Below are positions 36,301-48,300 of a DNA stretch of 64,000 nt, piece by piece. Position 1 is the stretch's first letter; every line of letters begins with the position of its first letter. Origin of the DNA: Amoebophrya sp. A120 (taxonomy: Eukaryota > Protista > Dinoflagellata); NCBI GenBank assembly GCA_905178155.1, contig CAJINV010000008.1:1922001-1986000 (forward strand), in the 5' to 3' direction. A program made the position numbers and the translations under genes. Under the pieces are notes generated by a model. It worked only from the letters and a program-made list of their open reading frames with translations. It had not been told where the DNA came from and did not search any database.

Positions 36301-39300
36301 TTTCGATATGGGGAGGGGGGATTTTTCCTTTTGATACTCCGTCCGGCTACTCTCGGCCGGTGTTTCGGCCGCCTTGAACGGCATCGCAATCAGCAACGCC
36401 TTCCCCATCACGCGCGAAAACCCGAAGTGTACGTTGGTCGTCTTCGCAAGTGCCTCCCGCACCACACTCCCCAGCAGCGCCACCGCCGCCCCCACCCGCT
36501 CCCGCAGCTGTTTCAGGAGGCTCTGCTGCTGCTTCTGCGAAAGACCACTCGCTACACCAGCTGTGGTCTCCTGCTGGCCCCGTCCCGCGTTCAACGTTTC
36601 GAAAAAAAATTTGTGTCCAAGATGCTGTGTTGAACCGTCGGAGGCAACTTTTTGGCAGTCCTTTCTACTACGTGCTTGCTTTGCACCGCCGGCAGATTCG
36701 TCGTCTTGGAGCACCAACGCGAAGTAACATTGACACTCCCGCATAAACTCTGACGGAGCCCCCGCTGCTCCTGCTTCCGTCGGCGGCCGATACTGCTTCC
36801 ACAGAATCTCCGCGCGTGCACAGACTTTGTCTGTGATGGTGCCGCCGAGCAGCTGTTTCAGTTCGTCCCGATTGACCTTCTGCGCGTGCTCGTTCGCTAC
36901 GACAAGCGCCAGCAGGCTATTCTGCGCGAACCGAAACAAGTCCCGCCACACGTTAACCACTTCTTCGACCACGTAGGGGAGATAGGCCTGCTTTTCCCCG
37001 GTGGGCAGGTGCTGCAACAGCTTGGATCGGAGAATGGTGTCCCCCTCGTCAATCAGGACGACAAAATGCTTCGCGATCATTTCCGCGATTTGCCGCTGCA
37101 CCTCCGCCTCCCGCCAGAGCAGCCCAACGCGCTTGCCAAGTTGGAAATGCTGCGCGAACTTCTCGTCCGCCTCCGTCCTCTGTTTCCCAGCCAGCGCGAA
37201 TCAAAGAAAAAAGCACACTCATAAAAGAAAATCTGGGGCGCTGTTGAACTCGTGTCATATAATGCGGAGACCACAAAAGAGGCAGTCTCATGTCATGCAG
37301 AATGCAGTTTTTTTGTGCTGCGACTTGGCGAGTAGACAGGTCCTCGCGCTATATAAGCTTGTCCTCGCACTGTGTGGCCCTAAAATACGCAGTAGGAGTT
37401 CTTGGTATGTGTGTACTTACTTTTCTGCCGGATAGCGCGTCCAGCAGTTCTTGCGGAGCCTCTTCCGGGTCTAACTCTTCCAACGTTACGCCGGACGCGA
37501 CAAACCTCCAGTTCTTAATCTCCACCTCCATCAAGAAGTCGTCCAATTCCTTGGATCCCCAGGCGTCAGCGGTGGATCGCACCTCCACAAAGCTGTTCGA
37601 CTTTATCGTGGGAAAAAATCGTGTTTCCCTTTACTCAAAACGGGTGGAATCTGTGATGCTAATAAATTTGCGCCCACAACTAGCGTCTGTCGTGCAACAA
37701 GAAAAAAATGCCAGAGGTGTTCGCCGCATGGCGCGAACGATTTCTGATGCCGTTGCGCTTGAAACTTCATCGAGGCACACGCTCCTCTTCAGGATTGCAA
37801 CCTACTGACTGTCTGCGATGGCTTACTGCAGGACAAACATGATTTGTGTACACAAAACCAGCGAACAGAAATTGCGTTTTGAATCAATATGGGGACAGGG
37901 GATTTTTCAGTTTAATAGACTCGCTGACCTCTTCCGACGCGCCGGACCCGGAAGACATCGGTCCCAGCGGCGCCTGCTCCAGAAAACTTGAGCTTCTGGC
38001 AGAGTGACTCCGTCCGTTTGGCTGACGTGGGCGGCCGCGCGGGCTCAGATTCAGACGGTCCTCAGTTGTGTGCTGTGGTTCTCTTGGGGTCGGGACTCCG
38101 CCTCCTGTCTGCCGAGCGTGATACACCCTGTTATTGTCGTATCCTAGGGGGGCCAGTCGGTCGAGCCTTTCGTCTTCTCTGAGATCGTACCGGTTTTTGA
38201 CTTCCTTCCAGCGCTCGATCAACTCCTCGTGGATATTGAAGCCCTGCCCTTGCATTCGCAGCAACTGCGATTCTACGTTCGAACCCTTAAGAAAGTCGCC
38301 TTCTATCTGCCGAAGTTTTTCCTTCAGGTCTTCCTCTTTGCTGGTCAGCCGCTTGGTCGACTCCTTGTGAAGCAATCGAAGAAGCCGCTGACCGGCATGC
38401 AGTGTGTCTTTCTTCCGTGCCTCTATTAGTGCCTCTTTTTCCTGTTCCGTCACCGCAAACACCAAGTGCCTCTTGTTCCTCGCGTCAGCTTCCATCGACT
38501 CCAGCTTCATCTTGAAGAAGGGATACTCGTCACTGGGGAAGACCGCCACGACCCGGAATTTGCCGCCCGCGCCAGCGTGTTTTGCTTTTGGGTCTTTATG
38601 TTCCACCTCCGCCCCGACGACGAACGCCGTCGAGGGAAAGGACACGCCGGGAAAAAACCAGCATCCTTTTTCGTCCCTAGTGGCCTGCGTCTCTTCCACT
38701 CGACCGTTGCCGTCACGGTATTCGTCGAGAAGCTGCGCTTTAGTCCTGCATGGAGGACGCAGTGAAGACGGCGCTGGGCGGTGCACTCGGCGTTTTTGGT
38801 GGGGCGGGCTCTGTCGTTGCTCGAGGGTCTGCTTGTGATGTTGCGTCTTCTTCTTTTCGTGTGCGGGTTGTCTTCCCATGTCTCTGTAGTCCTTCTCATG
38901 CTTCTCCGCCTCCATTTCTCCTTCTCCTGGTCCCTGCTGCTCCATGTCACGCTCTTCGTCCTCCTCCTGCTGGTCCATGTTGTCCAGCTTTTCCTGCTCT
39001 TCGGTTTCCCCGTCTCGCGGACTCGACTCCTCCGCCTCCTTGTCAAACTTAAAATCAAAATACGGCGGTTCCTTTTTTGGAAACACCTCGGTGACGAAGT
39101 ATTTTCCCTTCGCCTGCTTATGGCCTGGGGGTTGCACCTGTTCCCCGACGGCGAAAGCGGTGGAGGGAAGCGACACCCCTGGAATGAACCAGCACCCGTT
39201 TTTGTCTTTCTCGGGTTCACCTTCTGCATTCGCCTGTGGGTCCGCCATGCCTCTGCGTCTGCACCACTTGTTCTGTTTTTTCGGCTCTGCCTTTTGTTTT

Positions 39301-42300
39301 TTGACGCGGCTTTTTGGTTTTGGTTCCTGTTTTGCCCTCTCCTCTTCTCCGGCGGGTTGTTCATCAGGATGTTGATCATGTCCTGGCAGCAGGTCGCCTG
39401 TTGATGGGCGTTCTTCTTCTTCTTCTTCTTTCATCTGCATCCCTGCATCAGCAGAATGAGTTTGCTGATCGTCTCCGAATCCTTCGCTTCTGCCTCCGCC
39501 GCCTTCGCCCTGATCGCTGGCTTCATCTTGTTCTTCCTGCTCCTCCTCTTGCTCCTCGTCTTGCTCCTCGTCCTCCTGCTCCTCCTCCTGCTCCTCCTCC
39601 TGCTCCTCCTCCTGCTCCTCCTCCTGCTCCTCGTCCTCCTCCTCCTGCTCCTCTGCCCTGCCCTCTGAGGTTGCAACCACCCGCGTCCACTCCTCCTCCT
39701 CCTCGCCGTGCCCCGCGAGCCCCTGGATTGGTTGCGCGGGCCCCGCTAAGCTCCAGTCCTGCACGCTGGTGGTGATTTGGAGGAGGTGTGCATGCAGGCG
39801 ATCGTGGTCCTCCCCGTCGGTCGCGTGCTGGATTACGCGCTTCAGCAGGTCTGCGAACCTTTCTTTCCCCACCAAAACAACCTCCACTGGGCGGTGGTCT
39901 GCACTTTCTTCTCCCCGCCGCGACTGTTCCGCTTTCTCGGCGCTTTTCCGCACCACCAACTGGGATTCACACGCGGCTTCAACCAGCAACTCGAGCCAAG
40001 CAGCGCCGCGAGGATTCTTGCTCTCTGCAGAAGCAGCAGCGCCTTCTGGCGTTTCGTCTTTGCCCAGCCTGGCTGGAACACTTTTGTCGCCTCCGTCCGG
40101 GACGGATGCGTCGGACGTCCCCAACCTCGAAGTGGACAGCAGGACCTCGAGGGCTTTGCGTCTTCTTCGGACCGCGGCTACTTCATCCTGTCGCTTGTAT
40201 TGCAGGGGTTTGCCGACTGGAAACTGGACCTGATCTATCGTCTTTTTTCCTTCGTTTGTGCTAGGGTAGCCGACGAAGACGAGGTTTCCGTCATGCTGCA
40301 CAATGTCGACTGTCGTTGACGTTTCCCTCTGAGTGGCCGGCGTCGTTGTCATGTCCAATACCGTGACAAAGACTTCGCACTCCACAACTCGCCGCTCCTT
40401 ATTCTCACGACAGCCGCGCGCTTTTCCGTCCATGACGAGGCGAGCATTATTCCTATTCCGATCTGGCGGGCCATACACTTTTACGTCGACCTCGTCGCCT
40501 TTCTCAGCCTTGTCAAGCCCATTTAACTGGTTCTCCAACTTCTCCCACCATTCCGGCGACAGATTAAACGGCCACTCCTCGCTGTGCGCTGGATGATCGC
40601 AAACTGCCCCCTCCCCTGTAGCCTTACCCGAATCGAGATTCGCCATCAGGTAGTCCTTCTGATGCGTCCCTTGCGGAGAGGTCTTTGCCCCTTCAGCCGC
40701 GTAATCCAGAACGGGAGGTAGACGGAGGCTCCGCTCCTGCCCGTAGAGCCCCGCTTCAACTTTCAGTGCGAGCTTCCCCTCCGGTTCCTTCATGATCGCC
40801 TCCACACCGTCCTGAAAACTGGACAAGACGCTGGGACTTCTCCTCCCCGAAACACCGTCGTCCGATGCGGGACGAGCGGCGGTACCTCCAGACTGCTTCG
40901 CCAGGCGGTCTTTCGCCGAGAGCAGACCCTGCAAATCCGCCGCTGCGCTGAAGGAAAGCCAGTGCCGGTACAGCGCGAGATCGTCGGCTTCTGCAGATGT
41001 TGTCCCGGCGCTCGCCTCTCCGCCGGACGCCGCCGCGCGTCTCTGCGCATTTAAGTGCGCCGCGAAGTCGAAAGGCGGGTCCGGGGGATTTCCGTCCGAG
41101 GCGGGGAGCGCTGTATTACAATGAAAAATACCCCCACCCCCGAACTTGGGAGCATTTGTATTGCAAACCGTTCCAAATGGAACGCTCGCCCTCTTGCATC
41201 TACCAGCATCACAGGTTTCCAATCGTGAATAGCAAATAAAATTTGTATTGCAAAAGACCCCAGCAAGAGCGGCGCTTATCATGCAAGCGATGCGATACAC
41301 GCCTACACTCTGCATCAGAAAGATTCATACTCCTTTCATGCATGACAAAAAGTTTTCATTGGGAAACTTCGGATCACAAATTTTTGCAATTTCAGGGGTG
41401 GGGGGCACTTTTCACTGCAATAGAGCGGCCCCGCGGTCCTGTGCTGTTCCAGCCCGTCCGCGAAGAAGTGCTCCAGCAGACCCATGCGCACCTTTTCCGC
41501 GATCAGATCCGCTAGGGCGTTCAGGGTCTGCGCATCCTTCGACTTGCACGTGAACACCAGGTCGCGATCCCGCATGGCGTCCCGGAGCGCCTCGCGCAGC
41601 GTCACCAGCGCCGCAAAGTTATTGGAGGCCTCAACGGAGAACTGCAGGACCTTCACCCGTTTCCCGAAGGACTGCTGCAGGGAATTCCCCAAGTCCGCCG
41701 TGTTGGAACGGTGCAGTGCGTCCGTGAACACCACGATCGGAATGCGACCGTGCGTCGCGAACTGTGCCGTGTATCACACAGAAAAAAACTGGCAGGTCAT
41801 ATTAGTAATGCAAAAACAAATACACAAAAAAATCTGTCATGGGCGGCCTCATAGCATGCTGATTGGGGTAAGTGATTTGTGTCTTTGTTTTTGCATTACA
41901 AATATGCCCTGCCAGCTTTTTTCTGTGTGATACCGTGGTCACGGGAGTCAGGAAGAAACTCTTTCCCTGGCCCATAAACAGCTGCTCCGACATACTCGCG
42001 ACGTTCAGGAACCGCGGCAGGCGCAGCGCGGGGGCCGGTGCAGACGCGTAGAGCGCTAAGCATGCTTTGGTGGAGCCACATTGCCGCATCTTACCGTCAT
42101 CTCCGAACACCTGCAGCGCGCCCGGCGAAGCTGGACCGCGATCCACAACTGTGCCTTCCTGCGTCCCGCCCGTTGGTGGAAGTTTCGGTACTACACGGTC
42201 TCCGGGACGGAAATAGTCGAGTTCTTTTTCATTGAACAATTGGGTGAACAAGACCCAGCCACTCGTCTCATTTTCTGTCCGCACTTCCAGCCAGCGGATA

Positions 42301-45300
42301 TCCGATCCCACGGATATGATCGTGACGATTTGTTCCGGGGTCGTGCTATCTGGGTTCTTTCCCGACACTTGTGATATGAAACGGCTGCTCAGCAGAGGTG
42401 CCTCCCGAATGCCTGGCACGCGCAGTTCTAACACGTCGCCGACCTGAATTCGGTGCACCTCGCGGTCAACAAGCTTCTGCAGGGACCGTACCTGCTTCCG
42501 CCAGGGCATAATCTCCTGCCGCACGACGAACCCCAGCTGCTCGGGGAATGTCAGAGGCGGGAAAAGCTGGCAGGCGGTCACGGCGTTGTAGAAATCGGCA
42601 GCCCCGGCGCGCCCCGGTTTTTCCAGTGCCAGTAGAGCCACCTTGCCCTGTGACAGCCGGATTTGTTTCAGCAGGTACGCAAAAGTCAGCACCCGGAGCT
42701 TGTCCAGATCTTCAAAGCTAAGAGGGTACGCTAGTGACGCTGCGCCGTCGGGTCCTGCCTCGCCAGCATCAGATGGCGGTGGTGTTCCCGCCACCCCGGG
42801 CCCTTTCTTGGCGCGCCGGATAGCAAACAGCCTTTTGTTGCCAACGTAAAAATCCCGCGAAAGACCCAGCAACGGATCATCGAGCACTGCCGCAATGAGG
42901 TCGCGCATACTTGGAATCGCCCGTGTGCCGTCAAGAAAATGCAAAAACTTCCCGTGCATCCAGTCGCACGTGTACTGCCCCCCCTGCGGTGCGCTTCCTG
43001 ATGTCCCACCCTCTCTTCCATGGTTCTTTTCCCAAGCTAGCGACAGGGCCCGCAGCGCTTCCTTTTCGAATGCTCGCGCTGCTTTGAAGTCTGTTTGCAT
43101 TGCGTTTTGGAGAACCGACCTCGGATCAGCACTTGCCCCGGCGGCGGCAGACTGCAAAACATCGGCAAAGACGCGTTTTTGCGCTCCGTGCTTCTTGATT
43201 GTCTCCACAGCATCCAGCACCACCTTCTGTTTGTCAGCGGCCTTAGCCTCGGTCTCCGCCCGCGACGGACCAACGGATACGCTCACTGAGCGGTGCGCTG
43301 CCCGCAAATACGCTTGGACCTCTCGCTCGTGCGGCTGCGTATTGCTAGGATCAAAGCTACTACGTGCACGACCAGTCCCGGTCGTGCGGCCACTCAGTCC
43401 AGCCACGGGAAATACACCCTCCAGCCGCGACCAGTTCACCTGGCTCGCGTCCACCTGCCAGGAGCCCTTGAGCCGGTCCCGTCCCTTGGCGTGTTCGCTG
43501 TAGTCCCCGAGCGCGCAGGCAAACTTCGTGTTCGTTTTGGTTTGATCGAAGGCCCACTGTGGGCAGTCGACGCGATTCATGTCTCCGTGCTGCAACCACG
43601 TCGCCCACAACTCTGCGGCCCCCTTCGACTCTAGAGCGACCTCCGGCTGGTTCGCGACTCCAGTATATCCGATCGAGGGCGGGAGGTTGGCAATGGAATT
43701 GGCGCCACGACTGTTAGGCGGCATCTGCCAGCCGAGGTCCCCCAGGTTGTGCAGCATGATCACGCACGCGACTTTCAAGAACCTCGCGCGCAACAAGTAG
43801 TCGCCCTGCTCGTCCTCCTCGAGGAACATCAGCTGTCGCTCGTCGCCAACGTTAGCTTGCGGCCGCCCTTGCAGAGCGTCTCCAAGCGTTTGGAAGGTTA
43901 CCACAAGGTGGGAATAAAACCGCCACAGCTGGCCAACCGCAAGTGTCCGACGAAGAGGGTCTTGTTGGTTCGCGCCTTGAATGTACCAAAAATACATCCA
44001 GTCGTAGATGTTGCGCAATTGGCAGCCAGCGAGGCCGGCCGCGGGACCCGCTCGAGGCACCGTCAAAAACGGACTGGGCTCCCAGTGCCCCAAGTCGGGG
44101 CGGGCCTGAAAATCGCGCTGGCCGCTGCTGTCAAAGGCCTCCCCTTGCGCCGCGAAAAAAACCTTTCGAATATGGTTCCCCTGGTTCTCCTTTTGGTTGC
44201 TGCCGGGCCCGCCGAGTAGATTCACCACTCTATCACTAACGCCCGGCCCACTAGGCCGATCGACGCTAGGTTTGCTGTCATGAATGTGCGTTTTTACTTG
44301 CGGATTCCCCCGCGTGCTCCAGAAGTTTCCGACGTCGTGAAACCGTACTCTCTCGTATTCAACAGACTCATCAGAGAAAGTCTTCGTGCTCGTCTCGTCG
44401 GCGTGGTACTTCGCGAGTCTCTCCACGGCTTGTAGGAACGGCCGGTCGGGCTCTCCTCCCGCATTGGATCGAAGCCAGTGTAGCAGGTACTGTAACTCCC
44501 CGGGCGAAAATGCCGACGCGGCGACGTTGTTGTTCTGCAGGGGTACGTTGCCCACCACCACGTTATCCAGTAAAACCGCGACCACCTTGGCCAAGTGGAC
44601 CTTTTTCGCGAGAAACCACTCCCGCTGCGGTCCCGGCACGCGGCCGGGGAAAGACCGAAAGTTCTCCAGGATCTTCAGAAGCGCCAGCATACGACACTGC
44701 AGCGCGCTTGTGTGGTACTTTTCTTGATGCCACTCTTCAGAATGTTTTTCACTTTCCACGATCCACTCCAGCACCTGCAGGTCCGGTAACGACCAAACCG
44801 CCACGTGACTGTCCCCGATTTGCCGGAGCTGTTCTACGCACTGCTGGCTGCGGCCGTCCAGAGACAGCAAGGACAGGTAGGCCAAGTACAGCTGCGTCGT
44901 CTGTTGTACCGCTAGCGACCCGGAAAACGCCGCCGCTAAATCAGCCTGAACTGCGGGAACTCCCGGCTGGGAATCAGCGTGTGAAGAAAACATGTCCGCG
45001 GCCGTGTAAACGGCGTCTACCGGTACGAGGGACCGCAGATTTTCCGGCTCCCCGAAGTACACCCGTGTCAGCACGTGCTCGTCTGCGCGCGTCAGCGGAA
45101 GCCGCATTCGTAACATGAGCAGCCGCGTCTTCTTCGGTATCATCTCGAGGTTGGCGTGTTCCCGCGCCGTCGGAGTCGTTTCGCTCAGCACGAGCAAGTG
45201 CCGCAGGCTCGGACGATTGAAGACAACCTGCTGCGGATGCAGCCGCCATTTGGCATCTGTGGCCAGGAGCCAGTGGCCAGCACTCCCACTTGCAGCTTCC

Positions 45301-48300
45301 ACATGTTTCCCTTCCGCGATGAAGGTTAACCACGACGAGCTTGTTTCCCCGTTGTCCGCATTTTCTTCCGCCTGCGACACTAGGGGAAACTGCACTGCGT
45401 ACAGAGCCCCGGAAGCCTGTTCCTGGCCGGGCGAGACACTAGTGCTACTCCACCCGCGCCACAGCATGAGATTTTTGTGCACCGTGCCCAGCTGGGAGAG
45501 CGCGACCTCAAAGTCCAGATTTGGCTTACTCCCCCCTTGCGCGGGGATCAGGTCCCACCTCAGCCCAACGTAATTGTTGCCAGCTGGTGCGGTCGCCGCG
45601 GTTCCGGCCGCAAACCAGTTTTCGGGAAGAGCGTTGCGGGAGGCGAAGGCCTTGTTTGCCCCACCTATTTGGCCTGCGAACCACGGACGCTGGACGCGGC
45701 CGTCGCGGGTGACCTGCAGCAGCGGCATGGGCCCGCCCGCCAGACTGGCGCTGCCTTTCCCGAGCAGGCCCGATTTCAGGCCCGCCGTCAGCACCGCAAC
45801 CACACATCCCGCGTCATCCTCTCCCGCCTTGCACAGGCAATTCCGGTTCTGCTCTCGAACCACCCACAGGTCGTACAGGTGCAGCTCCTGTGCCAGCACG
45901 TGAGTCTTCGGATACTGCACCAGCTTCTCCAGCTGCTTCTGTACATCCTCCAAGAGGAGTTCCCGGGAGCTGGTTCCACCGCCGTCGTCGGGATCGGTGC
46001 CGAGCTTCCCCACCGACGGAAGCCGTTTGGTGGTGGACACGAGCTCCAGCAAGCAAGCCACATTTGAATTATCCTGACCCTCTACCACCTGCGTAACTGA
46101 AACCTGCCACCAGACTCTCGGGAAAAACTTTGCCACTTGCATCCGCTGGCTCGGTTCTCTAGCAGCGGCCTGAAACAAAAACGACTCAAAAACTTCGTGA
46201 TCCGCGATTTGGAAAAATTTCTCCCTGTTTCCGTTTTTCCCGACCGCTTTCTCCTTCAGCGGCAGACCGACAGCCTGTTTCGCAGGATCGGCAAACAGCG
46301 ACGCGAAGAGGTCACTGCTGCCCCAGTGGATCGGAATCTTCTGCTCTACCACTACCGGATGCCACGACAAGACTGCGGTGGAACCGCTGGGAACGGTGCC
46401 TTTCAACATGTGGCCGGACAGTGGATTTAACTTCACGAGAGTTTTTTCCTTTTCTCCCACCGCCGGAAGCGGAGCCGCTCCAAGCGAGATGAATAAGAAT
46501 GGGAAGGCGCTACTTTCGCCTTGCCTGTTCGATACTTCAATGCCTCGCTGCGCGACGGACCGGTACACATATTCAGCGCAGAGGCCGAACGCCAGCTTTC
46601 CGAACTCCTTAGCCCTATCGCTATCGGGATCCACTTCCAAAAGGTAATCTCGAACAAGTCCGCGACCGCGCTCCACGTCGAAGGGAAACACCGCGTCCAG
46701 CTGGAAGCTCAGCACGGGTTCCTCCTCTATGCGGGTCTCGAATCCGGCAATGACACAGTTATACCATACGACCTCGCTCATCATCTTATCAACTACAGAA
46801 GCATCTACTGGTTGGGCACGACCAGCAGCTTCGCGAGCCGTTTGCAGGGCAACCACCCTCGCTCGTGTGTCCGTTGCACTCAAACCTACGGCCGCAGCCA
46901 GTCGCAGGTAGTGCAAAATGGTGTTCCGCGTGCGCTCTCGGCTCATGCCGTGATCATCCGGGTCGTTTCCTCCAGACGGTTTCATCTTTTCCCCGCCGGC
47001 CCCACCGGACCCGCTTTGGTCCGCGCGAAGGTGCGTCTCCTTTTCATGAAAATTTTTCAGTCCCTCTTGGAGCCAAAAGCTTAGCTTTGCAGTGGCCTTT
47101 TCAAGCAGCTGAAAAAGTCTCGAATAACTCTTGTTCATCTGCCCCGGAGGTACCCCCGCCGGCACCAGGTTTGACACTGCGAAGTCACAAATTTTTGTCA
47201 CCAAACGAAAAAGCATGAAGAAACGATGCACGTTTTGCTTGGCCAGTAGCTGAACCCTCGCCATCTGATCCGGCGCTTGCACGTGCAGCTCCACGTACGC
47301 ATCGACAAAGAAAACCAGCGGCCCCCTGTCCTTTTCCTGCGCGTTCTCCTGCACCGCGGCTCCACTGGCTGCGGATGCGGGAGAAAGGGGCAAAAAAGCC
47401 TCATCGAACTCCAGCATTCGCTCGAGCACCTTCTCCCGCTTCTGGCCCTGTCTTACCTGAGCCGCTTCTATAATTGCGTTCGCGTATCGTGTAGAAGTTT
47501 CTCCGAGTACGCGAGCAGCGAACGACGTGAAGCGGACGGCCAGCAACTCCTGCTTGGTGATCTGGTCAAAAAACCCGTACAAATCGGCCAGTACTACCTG
47601 GTAAAAAACGCCCAGCATCTCGTGTTGCTCGAGCCACTGCGGGAACCGCTCGAACAGGTCCAACAAAAGAGACAACTGCACTTGGTGCTCGACCTGCAGC
47701 AGGCCCGATGGGCTAGAGGTCCCGCCCGACCTCCCGCTCGCACTAGAACTTCTTCCATCGGGAGCTGCTGCTCCTGCGGTGGTTACCGCAATGGGAGCGT
47801 GGAAAATGCTCCGCAGTGCGAACCACTCCTCCGGGTGCGGCCGCACTTCCTCGCCGGCCGCGTTCGGGTCAACCCACCCATTATAGGCCAGTGCCTGTTC
47901 CATCGAGGACCCCGCCGGCGGCTGACGATTTGCTCCAGTGTCTACCAAGGGCATTAAAGCTGCATTGTAGGGTCCCACCATCAAGTGCAGCCGTCGGTAC
48001 TCTCGAAGCATACGCAACAAGTGCGGATCGCCGTCTGTCTTGCCGCCGTGTCCGAGACCTCCGGCGCTGCCCGCGATTCCCGGCGACCGTCCATGTAGTC
48101 CCGAATGCTTCGCATGAGCATTCTGCATCGCAAACGCATCAAGCAACGGATGCGGGAAGAGATCGGTGGGTCCAGCGCGGTCGTGCGTGTCCCGAGAATG
48201 CAGCGCGAAGGGCTTCGGAAGTTGTTTCTCTCTCAGTGTCTCGCTTCGCAGCTGCGCCCATTCCCCGACTGCCCCCTCCGCTAGCGAGCTAAAACTGGAA

